Source: Eubacteriales bacterium (GTDB lineage Bacteria; Bacillota; Clostridia; Oscillospirales; CAG-272). Taken from it: a stretch of DNA of 64,000 bases. The DNA is taken from the NCBI GenBank assembly GCA_045539595.1, contig JAZQFQ010000058.1, positions 31,736-95,735 of the forward strand, in the 5' to 3' direction. The notes beneath the pieces are model-generated. The model ran no database searches and was not told where the DNA came from. It was given only the letters and a program-made list of their open reading frames with translations. Below are positions 1-8,539 of this stretch, piece after piece (positions within the stretch are counted from its first letter, which is position 1; every line of letters starts with the position of its first letter). The position numbers and the translations under genes were made by a program.

Positions 1-581
1 TGGGACAGCGTGGTGAGGGTGATCTCCTCGCCGAGATGATCCCGGATAAAGCGAAGAATCTCGTTTCCGTCGTGCACCGCATCCCCCTGATACGCCCCCT
101 CCGCGATGCGGAGAATGGATATCATATCCGAGCGGGCATGGCAGGACCACATTTTATCCGTGGGATGATTGTCAATATGCTGGCCTACCCGCAGAAAGTG
201 CCGGTTCGACAGTTCGTACTCCTCATCGTTGAGGGGCAATATTCCCACAAAGGATGCATCGCGCTGACGGAACAGATGAAAATCCGGGTAGCCGAAGCGG
301 GAGCGCATCTCCTCGTACATGGACAATCCGATGACGTTGTGATTCAGATTGACGTTGTAGAAATACGGCTGAAAATGAAGATTCAGCGCCTCGTACCGCC
401 CGCCCTCCACACGCAGCGTATCGTCCTGGGAAAGACACAGCATGTACTTCCCGTCCAGATAACAGCGGACGCCGTTCAATGTGACAGACAGGCGGGCTGC
501 CCGCAGGCAGATGATGGAATACATCGTGTCCGAGGACTCCAGCGTATTTGTCATGTGGATCAGTGAAAAATCGTAGTGCAT
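1..581 (-). CDS. AraC-family transcriptional regulator, N-terminal sensor portion (partial; continues past the left edge)
   Basis: Not in the ORF track because there is no stop in the window. My minus-strand translation from ATG 581..579 stays open to nt 3: MHYDFSLIHMTNTLESSDTMYSIICLRAARLSVTLNGVRCYLDGKYMLCLSQDD...GNEILRFIRDHLGEEITLTTLS. The last block looks like the entry into an AraC HTH. The listed + ORF 36..566 is its mirror image. Confidence 0.5.
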   Translation of the reverse strand, partial: MHYDFSLIHMTNTLESSDTMYSIICLRAARLSVTLNGVRCYLDGKYMLCLSQDDTLRVEGGRYEALNLHFQPYFYNVNLNHNVIGLSMYEEMRSRFGYPDFHLFRQRDASFVGILPLNDEEYELSNRHFLRVGQHIDNHPTDKMWSCHARSDMISILRIAEGAYQGDAVHDGNEILRFIRDHLGEEITLTTLS

Positions 582-894
582 ATATTTCTCCGCATTATCG
601 TTTCTTGTGAATTCATTATACTATACCCTTCTGTAATCCGCAATGCAAATCTGCACAAATAATAGCACAATTTACAATTTTCCGTTTTCCTTCACGTTTC
701 CCACATTATATGCCATTTCATCGCGCGGTCAAAAAAGCCGGGATAAATACGCCTTTTTTTGAAGATAAGGGGTATATTTCACGCAGAAGTAAACAGATGG
801 ATAAAAAACAATTTCAAAAATATGCCTGCACAGTTTTAAATAAGTCTGACATCCGGGTTTTCTCAGCTGTATATGCAATTGAGGGGAATTTTTA

Positions 895-926
895 TGCAAA
901 ATAGAATGCCCTGCGCGAGGCAGGGC
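895..926 (-). terminator. probable rho-independent terminator of the HTH-PolC-like gene
   Basis: GCCCTGC-gcgag-GCAGGGC (908..926) lies 6 nt after the stop, followed on the minus strand by ATTCTATTTTG. Confidence 0.5.
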
Positions 927-931
927 GAGGA

Positions 932-2350
932 TTACAACATAATTTCATTGAATTCTTTTGGATAATGGATCTTATGCCACATCAGCATGGCTGCCAATTG
1001 AATGTAGCTTACGCCATGGGCTTTATGCATCAAAATTTTGATCTTGCCGATGGAATCGATAAACCAATCGTCCATACCGATAGACTTCAGCTGCATTTTT
1101 ATATGATGGGGAATACCGTTTTTGGCATAGAGTCCCCGACGCGTGTTCTCCATAACCGTATAGGCAAATCCCGTGTCCGTCAATCCTTTGCTTATCATCC
1201 TCTCCTGCATATGGCGGAAGACATCATCGCCATATGCAATTACTTTCCCCACAGGGGTGCCTTGCGCAACAAGTTTCTCTGCGTTGTCGATCCACACACC
1301 CGTACCATGAGACAAGCCAAATATCTGTACCAGATCATGAAAAGAGTTTGCGGGAACCGCATGCAGCATATGTTTCATATATTTTATCTGGAACTCCGGA
1401 ATACCGTCCGTGCTGCCGCTTCGAAATTCCCGCAGAATCTCATCGGAGGCAAATGGAATCCTGTCGAAAGAAGTTGCGGTGGCCTGTGCCAGTGTCTGAA
1501 AACGTGTATATTCTTCTGCAGCGATAACCGCAATGGATCCTTCTGCGTTTTCAGAGGATACCTTAATGGTGATAAACCGGTCTGCTTCCCATTCTTTTCG
1601 CGTCAGTGTATACTCCTTGAAATAGTCCTCAATACATTCTACAGCCGGGCGAAAAAAATCCGGCGATACGGATACGAAAACATGTGAGCCGTGATTCACC
1701 TCATGACGACAGTTCTCAAACGGGATATCGTGTCCGTCCGTGATCATGGCTCTGCCGCATGTACATTCTTTCGGCGGAAGATCCCAACCATCCGCGGTGC
1801 TGTCATCAAAGACGACCCTATGACAAGCGGTACACCGATAATGCGGCTTCAGCGGATTGATTTTCGTTGCTCCCAAAAGGTACGCTACCAGCGATGCTCC
1901 CGTTCCTCCTTTTACCATAACATACTCACAACGCTTTTCAGCATCCGCCAAAAGTACGGACAGCATGTCAAAATACACGATACTATCCGTATTCTGCATT
2001 TCTGCCTGCTCTGTCAGAAAACGGTTTGCGATTGCAACAGGGACAGGATTCCCGTAACGTTCGCACATAGCATCAAAGGCTTTGTTCCATAGTTGTTTTT
2101 TCGTGGCAAACACTCCTTTTGTGTCCTTCTTTTCAAAGGAACGATATTTGCAGGACAAAAGCTCATCCACGCTGATTTCAAGCGCCTCGCTGAGTTTGTA
2201 TAGAATACTGCTTTGCGGCATGGAAGAACCGTTCTCCCATTTGGAAACCGCCTTGTCGGAAACGCCGATGAGCACGCCGAGCTGATACTGCGTAAGGCCC
2301 CTGCGTAATCGCAGTTCATGCAGAAAATTACCAAAACAATAATCTCTCAT
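932..2350 (-). CDS. XRE-type HTH protein fused to a truncated PolC-like (Pol III alpha Zn-finger/palm/fingers) domain; catalytic motifs apparently lost
   Basis: ORF 932..2395 begins with GTG inside the predicted promoter. ATG 2350 has GGAGGA 4 nt upstream. The N-terminus [36 protein letters not shown] is a Cro/XRE HTH. The rest aligns by eye in colinear blocks with the PolC in this window ([44 protein letters not shown]...[10 protein letters not shown]). Confidence 0.75.
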   Translation of the reverse strand: [472 protein letters not shown]

Positions 2351-2377
2351 AAAATCCTCCGTCTGTTTGCTGTCTAT

Positions 2378-2406
2378 ATTGTACCAAGATTTCACCTCTT
2401 AAACAA
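2378..2406 (-). promoter_or_regulatory. candidate sigma-A promoter of the HTH-PolC-like gene
   Basis: Minus strand TTGTTT-17 nt-TACAAT. The -10 lies 28 nt before ATG 2350. The GTG at 2395 lies inside it. Confidence 0.4.
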
Positions 2407-2471
2407 GATAGGAGTTATCTACCATAGGTAGAAATGACATTGGATAAAAAATCGACTTTTATGAACGAGAG

Positions 2472-2514
2472 CAGAATCTGTCCCAATGTATAGAAATCTG
2501 TCCAACAGATTCTG
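2472..2514. promoter_or_regulatory. inverted repeat / repeated motif; candidate operator in the divergent spacer
   Basis: CAGAATCTGT (2472..2481) and ACAGATTCTG (2505..2514) are perfect 10-nt inverted arms. The loop contains a further direct copy, AGAAATCTGTCC. A related GAAATCTGCC occurs at 2682..2691 in the pyrP promoter spacer. Confidence 0.4.
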
Positions 2515-2678
2515 TATTCGCGAAGGCAATGACGAAAAATGATCATGAAAAAATACATTTCCGATAAGACTTCCGCCGCGTGCAGCAGTCTCATTTTTGA
2601 CGTATTTTCCTTATTTTCACCAGTCCACCCAGCCGCAGAATAAAAAATTAAAAAATTCTTCTTAATTTGTCAATATAG

Positions 2679-2708
2679 TTTGAAATCTGCCGAAGAATGT
2701 GATATGAT
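2679..2708 (+). promoter_or_regulatory. candidate sigma-A promoter of pyrP-upp
   Basis: TTTGAA-18 nt-TATGAT with an upstream TG (TGATATGAT), 42 nt before the ATG. Confidence 0.4.
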
Positions 2709-2749
2709 TAATGTTGTGAAGCCCCACTAATTTTTTCGGAGGATCCATC

Positions 2750-4210
2750 ATGGACAAGAAATTGATCTACGACATTGGCGACAAACCAAAATTCGGGCAA
2801 ATGCTCATTTTTGCACTCCAGCAGCTTCTGGCGATCCTTGCGGCTACCATTGCGGTTCCCACGATTATCGGTTTGCCGACGCAGATTCCTGCTGCCATTC
2901 TCGGCGCGGGTATCGGTACCTTGGTATACCAACTGTTTACGAAATTCAAAAGCCCCGTATTTCTGGGAAGCTCCTTCGCGTTTTTGAGTTCCCTCGGCGT
3001 AGCCATCGCCTACGGTTACTGCGGTATCGTCCTCGGTTCCATTGTGGCGGGATTGGTCTACGTGATCATCGCGCTGATCATTCACTTCACCGGCACCGCA
3101 TGGGTGGATAAACTGATGCCCCCCGTGATCATCGGCCCCACCGTGGCGCTGATCGGTCTTTCCCTGTCCGGCGCGGCTATGGGCGATATCGTTCGGGCCA
3201 ACGCCACCACTCTGTACGGATCCTACAATTTGGTCGCTCTGCTGTGCGGCCTCATCGCTTTCCTTACCATCGTAATCTGTTCCACCCAGAAGCGGGTAAA
3301 GATGGCCCGTCTGATTCCGTTTATTATCGGTATTGCGGCCGGTTATGCGGCTGCTGCCATCTTTACTTTTATCGGCATGGCCACCCACTGTGAGTATCTG
3401 ATGATCATCAACTTCCAGCCGATCATTGACAATTTTGTGGCAGCGGACGGTTCCTTCCGCGGCATCTCCGCTTTCATCGACTATCCGCACATTGCCATTC
3501 TGGAAAGCATTAAGGAACTGGCCACCGGCAATCTTTCCCCGGAGATTCTCACTGCCAATCCGAATGCGACCCTTCTGAATCTGGGCGGCATTGCGGAAGT
3601 GGTTATCGCTTTCCTCCCCGTGGCTCTGGTTGTATTCGCCGAGCACATTGCGGATCACAAGAATCTTTCCTCCATCATCGATCGGGATCTGATCAAGGAG
3701 CCCGGTTTGACACGGACTCTGCTGGGCGACGGTGTGGGCTCCATGGCCGGCACCGTGTTCGGTATCTGCCCCAACACCACCTACGGTGAATCGGTAGGCT
3801 GTATCGCTATCACGAGAAACGCCTCCATCGCTACCATCACCACCACCGCGTTCATGTGCATCGTGCTTTCCTTCTTCAGCCCGCTGATGGTGATTCTGCA
3901 GACCATTCCCTCCTGCGTCATGGGCGGTGTTTGTCTGACGCTGTACGGCTTCATTGCCGTATCCGGATTGAAGATGTTTAAAAACCTGGATCTGGACAAT
4001 AATAAGAATCTGTTCGTGGTTTCTTCGATTCTCATCTCCGGCATCGGCGGTCTGGCGATCCATATTCCCTATGCTATCGCAGAAAACGGTGCCATCACCA
4101 ACACGATCCAGATCACCTCGATCGCGACGGCTCTGATCATCGGTATCATCACCAACCGCATCCTGACCCGCGTGGAAAACAGTAAGTTCGGCAAGGAAAA
4201 AGACAACTGA
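2750..4210 (+). CDS. pyrP: uracil permease (NCS2 / xanthine-uracil permease family)
   Basis: 486-aa polytopic membrane protein. The N-terminus MDKKLIYDIGDKPKFGQMLIFALQQLLAILAATIAVPTIIG is typical of uracil permeases. GGAGGA RBS present; immediately followed by upp. Confidence 0.8.
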   Translation: MDKKLIYDIGDKPKFGQMLIFALQQLLAILAATIAVPTIIGLPTQIPAAILGAGIGTLVYQLFTKFKSPVFLGSSFAFLSSLGVAIAYGYCGIVLGSIVAGLVYVIIALIIHFTGTAWVDKLMPPVIIGPTVALIGLSLSGAAMGDIVRANATTLYGSYNLVALLCGLIAFLTIVICSTQKRVKMARLIPFIIGIAAGYAAAAIFTFIGMATHCEYLMIINFQPIIDNFVAADGSFRGISAFIDYPHIAILESIKELATGNLSPEILTANPNATLLNLGGIAEVVIAFLPVALVVFAEHIADHKNLSSIIDRDLIKEPGLTRTLLGDGVGSMAGTVFGICPNTTYGESVGCIAITRNASIATITTTAFMCIVLSFFSPLMVILQTIPSCVMGGVCLTLYGFIAVSGLKMFKNLDLDNNKNLFVVSSILISGIGGLAIHIPYAIAENGAITNTIQITSIATALIIGIITNRILTRVENSKFGKEKDN

Positions 4211-4224
4211 AAGGGAGACACACC

Positions 4225-4866
4225 ATGAAGCAGTACGATAATGTAACGATTTTTGATCACCCGCTGATCAGTCATAAGGTTGCCATTCTGCGTGACGAAA
4301 AAACCAGCATGAAGGAATTCCGTGAGCTGGTGGAAGAAATCACCACGCTGATGACATTTGAAGCACTGCGGTGCGGTGTTCCCACAGAGGAGCGTCAGGT
4401 CAAGACGCCGCTTGAGGTCTGCACGCAGACGGTAGTCAAGGACAACGCCATCGTGATCGTTCCCATTCTGCGAGCCGGTCTGGGTATGGTGAACGGTATC
4501 CATACGCTGTTCCCCTCCGCCCGTGTGGGACATATCGGTATGTGCCGCAACGAAGAGACTCTGGAGCCGGAGGAATACTACTGCAAACTCCCTCCGCATA
4601 TCGAGGATAAGCTGGTTATGGTCATCGATCCCATGCTGGCCACCGGCGGCAGCGCCTGCGACGCTATCAAACGACTGAAAGAGCGCGGATGCCGTCACAT
4701 CAAGTTCATGGCCATCATCGGCGCGCCCGAGGGCGTAACGCGTGTGGCAGAGGCACATCCCGACGTTCACATTTATGTATCTACTCTGGACCGCCAGCTG
4801 AACGACAAGGGCTACATCCTGCCCGGTCTGGGCGATGCCGGCGACCGCCTCTTCGGAACGAAATAA
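4225..4866 (+). CDS. upp: uracil phosphoribosyltransferase
   Basis: 213 aa, with FDHPLISHKVAILRDEKT, ILRAGLGM and the PRPP-binding VIDPMLATGGS motif. Confidence 0.95.
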   Translation: MKQYDNVTIFDHPLISHKVAILRDEKTSMKEFRELVEEITTLMTFEALRCGVPTEERQVKTPLEVCTQTVVKDNAIVIVPILRAGLGMVNGIHTLFPSARVGHIGMCRNEETLEPEEYYCKLPPHIEDKLVMVIDPMLATGGSACDAIKRLKERGCRHIKFMAIIGAPEGVTRVAEAHPDVHIYVSTLDRQLNDKGYILPGLGDAGDRLFGTK

Positions 4867-4884
4867 ATACCGCGATATACAATA

Positions 4885-4914
4885 AAAAGACACCCGAGAG
4901 GGTGTCTTTTTTAT
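4885..4914. terminator. bidirectional terminator between upp and kdgK
   Basis: AAAAGACACCC-gaga-GGGTGTCTTTTTT. A/T runs on both sides. Sits between convergent genes. Confidence 0.85.
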
Positions 4915-4930
4915 TTGGCTGTATTTTCGT

Positions 4931-5953
4931 TTATCTCTGCACACGACCGGAGCCGTCGCCGCCGGCCAGTTTTTCTACTTCAGCCACGCTGACGCGGTTG
5001 TAGTCGCCTTCCACGCTGTGCTTCAGCGCGGATGCGGCCACAGCGAACTCAATGGCCTGCGCGGAGGTTTTGCCTGTCAGCAAAGCGTAAATCAATCCGC
5101 CGCCGAAGGAGTCACCGCCGCCTACGCGGTCCACGATGTGGAGGTGATAGCTCTTGGAGAAGCAGTAGTTCTCGCCGTCGTAGAGCATGCCCGCCCAATC
5201 GTTGTCGCTGGCAGAGATGGATGTACGGAGGGTGATGGCCACCTTCTCAAAGCCGAAGGTATCGGCCAGCTGCTTGGCCACGGATTTGTATCCCTCGTGA
5301 TTCAGCTTGCCGCCGTAGATATCCGTATTCTCCGCTTCGATGCCGAACACATCCTTGGCATCCTCTTCATTGGAGATGCACACGTCCACGTACTTGCAAA
5401 GCTCCGTCATGGTCTTTCTTGCCTGCTCCCGGGTCCAAAGTTTGCCGCGATAGTTCAGATCGCAGGAGATCTTCACGCCGCGGGCCTTGGCGGCCTTACA
5501 GGCCTCCAGGCAGATGGCGGCCACGTTCTCGCCCAGGGCGGGAGTGATTCCCGTAAAGTGGAACCAATCGGCACCGTCGAAGATGCTGTCCCAATCGAAC
5601 TCCTCCGCCTTGGCTTCAGCGATGGCAGAATGAGCGCGGTCATAGATGCAGACGGATCCCCGCTGAGAAGCGCCTTTCTCCAGGAAATAGATGCCCACGC
5701 GATCACCGCCGCGGACGATCTCGTCGGTATCCACGCCGAAATAGCGGAGAGAATCCACAGCCGCCTGACCAATGGCGTGCTTGGGCAACTTGGTAACGTA
5801 GGTGCTGTGCAGACCGTAGTTGGCCAGAGACACGGCCACGTTGGCCTCGCCGCCGCCGAAGGTAGCCTGCATCTGATCGTTCTGGAAGAAGCGATAGTAT
5901 CCGTTGGGTGCCAGGCGAAGCATCAATTCACCGAATGTAACTACTGTTTTCAT
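4931..5953 (-). CDS. kdgK: 2-dehydro-3-deoxygluconokinase (PfkB/ribokinase family)
   Basis: 340 aa, MKTVVTFGELMLRLAP...FGGGEANVAVSLA...DRVGGGDSFGGGLIY. Its ATG overlaps the eda stop (ATGA). Sits in the hexuronate operon. Confidence 0.85.
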   Translation of the reverse strand: MKTVVTFGELMLRLAPNGYYRFFQNDQMQATFGGGEANVAVSLANYGLHSTYVTKLPKHAIGQAAVDSLRYFGVDTDEIVRGGDRVGIYFLEKGASQRGSVCIYDRAHSAIAEAKAEEFDWDSIFDGADWFHFTGITPALGENVAAICLEACKAAKARGVKISCDLNYRGKLWTREQARKTMTELCKYVDVCISNEEDAKDVFGIEAENTDIYGGKLNHEGYKSVAKQLADTFGFEKVAITLRTSISASDNDWAGMLYDGENYCFSKSYHLHIVDRVGGGDSFGGGLIYALLTGKTSAQAIEFAVAASALKHSVEGDYNRVSVAEVEKLAGGDGSGRVQR

Positions 5954-6507
5954 GCGTTAGCCTCCATTTTATCCAGAGATTCTTTGACGAAGAAGCTGCC
6001 GCCGATGGCTGCGATCTTGTCAAAGGCCAGAAATTCATCGATGTTGGAGCGATCTACGCCGCCGGTAGGAATGAATTTCACCTGCGGGAACGGAGCGGAC
6101 AGGGCCTTCAGGGCTTTCAGGCCTCCATACACATTGGCCGGGAAGAATTTGACGGTGGTAATGCCCAACTCCAGGGCCTGCATGATCTCGGTGGGCGTAA
6201 CACATCCGGGATAATAGGGGATGTTCCGCTCACGGCAGATATTGGCTACGGCCACTGACAGGCCGGGGGATACGATAAACGTAGCACCGGCGGCCAGTGC
6301 GGCTTCGCACTGCTCCGCATTGATGACGGTGCCGGCACCGATTTCCATATCGGGATACTGCTTGACCGCATAGGCGATGGCCTCGGCGGCGCAGGCGGTG
6401 CGGAAGGTGATCTCCGCGCAATGGATGCCGTTGTTTTTGAGGGCAGTCAGAATCTTATCCGTTTCACCAAGTTCCTTGATGACAACAACAGGAATAAACT
6501 TTTCCAT
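5950..6507 (-). CDS. eda: KDPG / 4-hydroxy-2-oxoglutarate aldolase
   Basis: 185 aa, IPVVVIKELGETDKILTALKNNGIHCAEITFRT...GAGTV...FIVSPG...VKFFPA...FIPTGGV. GGGAGA RBS present. Confidence 0.85.
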   Translation of the reverse strand: MEKFIPVVVIKELGETDKILTALKNNGIHCAEITFRTACAAEAIAYAVKQYPDMEIGAGTVINAEQCEAALAAGATFIVSPGLSVAVANICRERNIPYYPGCVTPTEIMQALELGITTVKFFPANVYGGLKALKALSAPFPQVKFIPTGGVDRSNIDEFLAFDKIAAIGGSFFVKESLDKMEANA

Positions 6508-6524
6508 AGTATTTCTCCCTTTCG

Positions 6525-7370
6525 TTATACGCCGGAATAGGCGGCAAATCCGCAGTCAATGGGAAGCACCACACCGGTGATGGCGGATGCGGAACGGTCG
6601 TCGCAGAGGAACAAGGTAGCACCGAGCAGTTCACCCGCATCCACAAAGCGATCCATGGGAGTTCCCTTCAGGATCTTGGCACTGCGGGCGGTGGGGGTGC
6701 CGTCCTCGTTGAACAGAAGGGCTTTATTCTGAGCGGACACGAGGAATCCGGGAGCGATGGCGTTGCAGCGGATGCCCGTACCGGCAAAGTGGGTAGCCAG
6801 CCACTGGGTGAAATTGGAGATACCGGCTTTTGCCGCAGAATATGCGGGGATCTTGGTCAGAGGGGTGTAGGCGTTCATGGAAGAGATATTGAGAATGCAT
6901 CCCGCTTTCTTTGCCACCATATCCCGGGCGAAAATCTGGGTGGGGATCAGCGTACCCTGGAAATTCAGTTTGAACACGAAGTCCACGCCGGACGCGTCCA
7001 GATCAAAGAAGGATTTGCCGCCTTCCTTGGCCTCGTGCTGGTATTCGTTATCCGTAGTAGCCCGGGGATTGTTACCGCCGGCGCCGTTCACCAGGATATC
7101 ACAGGGGCCCAGATCGGAAAGCACAGCCTTATGTACCTCCTCCAGCACCTCGGGAGAAAGCACATCCGCTTTGTATCCCTCGCAGATGAAGCCTTCGGCG
7201 CGGAGTTCTGCCGCCAGTTTCTTAACGGCGTCTTCGTTCAGATCCAGCGCGGCCACTTTAGCACCGGACTGGGCAAAAGCACGGGCCATGGCGCCGCAGA
7301 TCAGACCGCCGGCACCGGTAACCACAACGACTTTATTTTTGTAATCAACATGCAATGGAAGCTGTATCAT
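6525..7370 (-). CDS. uxuB: SDR-family oxidoreductase, probable D-mannonate oxidoreductase
   Basis: 281 aa with TGAGGLICGAMA Rossmann motif and YSAAK catalytic motif. Lies between uxuA and eda. Substrate assignment comes from context. Confidence 0.65.
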   Translation of the reverse strand: MIQLPLHVDYKNKVVVVTGAGGLICGAMARAFAQSGAKVAALDLNEDAVKKLAAELRAEGFICEGYKADVLSPEVLEEVHKAVLSDLGPCDILVNGAGGNNPRATTDNEYQHEAKEGGKSFFDLDASGVDFVFKLNFQGTLIPTQIFARDMVAKKAGCILNISSMNAYTPLTKIPAYSAAKAGISNFTQWLATHFAGTGIRCNAIAPGFLVSAQNKALLFNEDGTPTARSAKILKGTPMDRFVDAGELLGATLFLCDDRSASAITGVVLPIDCGFAAYSGV

Positions 7371-7387
7371 AATTTTCCTCCGAAAAT

Positions 7388-8476
7388 TTATTTACCATTC
7401 AGTTTATCCAGCATATCCCACACGCCCAGCATATACATAATGCCCAGCGCGCGGTCGTACAGGCCGTATCCGGGACGCACGTTGCCGGGACCCTCATCCC
7501 AGAGATGGCGTCCGTGGTCGGGGCGGATATATCCTTCAAAGCCGCAGTCGTGATATGCCTTCAGAATCTCCAGAATGCCCGTATCGCCGTCGCAGTCCCG
7601 GTGGCTGGCCTCGGAGAAATCTCCGTTTTCAAAATGCTTCACGTTGCGGATATGGGCAAAGGCAATGCGGTCGCAGTGCTTGCGGACGATGTCGGCCACA
7701 TTGTTATTGGGATCGGCATTCAAGCTTCCCGAGCAAAGCGTCAGGCAGTTGTAGGGATCGTCCACCATTTTCAAAAAACGGTCAATGTTTTCTTCGTTGA
7801 TCAGCAGGCGGGGGAGTCCGAAAATATCCCACGGCGGATCGTCCATATGGATGGCCATTTTGATATCGCACTCATGGCAGGTGGGCATGATGGCCTCCAG
7901 GAAATACTTCAGATTGGCCCAGAGTTTTTCATGATCCACGCCCTCGTAGGCCTTGAACAGCTCGTCCAGCTTGGCCATGCGCTCCGGCTCCCAGCCGGGG
8001 AAGGACATATTGTATTTCTCGGTGAAATCCAGAATGTATTTCGCCATGGCGTTGTAGTCATCCTGGATCATATTCTTTTCGTAGAAGAGCGCGGTGGATC
8101 CGTCACCGACGGGATGGAACAGATTGCTGCGGGTCCAGTCGAAGATGGGCATGAAGTTGTAGCAGATCACCTTCACACCGAACTGGGCCAGATTGCGGAT
8201 GCACTGCTTGTAGTTTTCGATGTACTTGTCCCGGGTGGGCAAGCCGATCTTGATGTCATCGTGTACGTTCACGGACTCCACTACGTCCATGTTGAAGCCG
8301 TACTCGTCCAACTGACGCTTTACCTCGGCGATCTCGTCGATTTCCCAGATTTCGCCTGGCATCTTATGATGCAGTGCCCAGACGATCCCGTCCACGCCGG
8401 GAATCTGCTTGATATCGGAGAGTTTGATTCTATCGTTTCCCTCTCCGTACCAGCGGAAAGTCATTTTCATGGGCAT
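7388..8476 (-). CDS. uxuA: mannonate dehydratase
   Basis: ORF 7388..8833 is 5'-extended. The real start is ATG 8476 (MPMKMTFRWYGEGNDRIKLSDIKQIPG) with GGAGGA upstream. Confidence 0.9.
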   Translation of the reverse strand: MPMKMTFRWYGEGNDRIKLSDIKQIPGVDGIVWALHHKMPGEIWEIDEIAEVKRQLDEYGFNMDVVESVNVHDDIKIGLPTRDKYIENYKQCIRNLAQFGVKVICYNFMPIFDWTRSNLFHPVGDGSTALFYEKNMIQDDYNAMAKYILDFTEKYNMSFPGWEPERMAKLDELFKAYEGVDHEKLWANLKYFLEAIMPTCHECDIKMAIHMDDPPWDIFGLPRLLINEENIDRFLKMVDDPYNCLTLCSGSLNADPNNNVADIVRKHCDRIAFAHIRNVKHFENGDFSEASHRDCDGDTGILEILKAYHDCGFEGYIRPDHGRHLWDEGPGNVRPGYGLYDRALGIMYMLGVWDMLDKLNGK

Positions 8477-8539
8477 ACGATTTCCTCCTCTGCTCGGATG
8501 CATATTTACTATTCCACGCGTTAGCGCGATATCGTGACC

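Noticed and set aside
710-904. A 64-aa ORF in the AT-rich spacer between the AraC-like gene and the HTH-PolC-like gene.
   Set aside because: No RBS and no recognisable sequence features. It lies in a spacer that also has to hold the AraC-gene promoter and the neighbouring terminator. Treated as noise, though a small protein cannot be excluded.
2396-2749. PyrR-type attenuator or other known riboswitch upstream of pyrP-upp.
   Set aside because: I could not find the PyrR binding-loop consensus (…UCCAGAGAGG…-like) or a terminator/antiterminator pair between the promoter candidate and the ATG. The leader is only about 40 nt.
2708-4063. Long antisense ORFs opposite real genes throughout the window. 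Examples: 36..566+, 2708..4063-, 4069..4944-, 5018..6214+, 7505..8524+, 8656..10038+, 10824..13670+, 14235..15398+, 16027..17178+, 17594..18535+, 18583..20604+, 21565..22947+, 23145..24392+, 29741..31183+, 31382..33706+, 33868..35259+, 36125..37312+, 42809..43960+, 44273..45541+, 46335..47303+, 49012..50490+, 56232..57533-, 57305..58195+, 63258..63908-.
   Set aside because: Their translations are R/G/H/Q/V-rich low-information strings with no motifs. The opposite strand encodes unmistakable conserved proteins. Mirror ORFs like these are the expected by-product of high-GC codon bias.
8527-8534. CGATATCG palindrome at the predicted transcription start of the uxuA operon, as a possible KdgR/UxuR-type operator.
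   Set aside because: It is only an 8-bp palindrome, and hundreds are expected by chance in 64 kb. It has no flanking extension of the dyad, and no cognate regulator gene is in the window.
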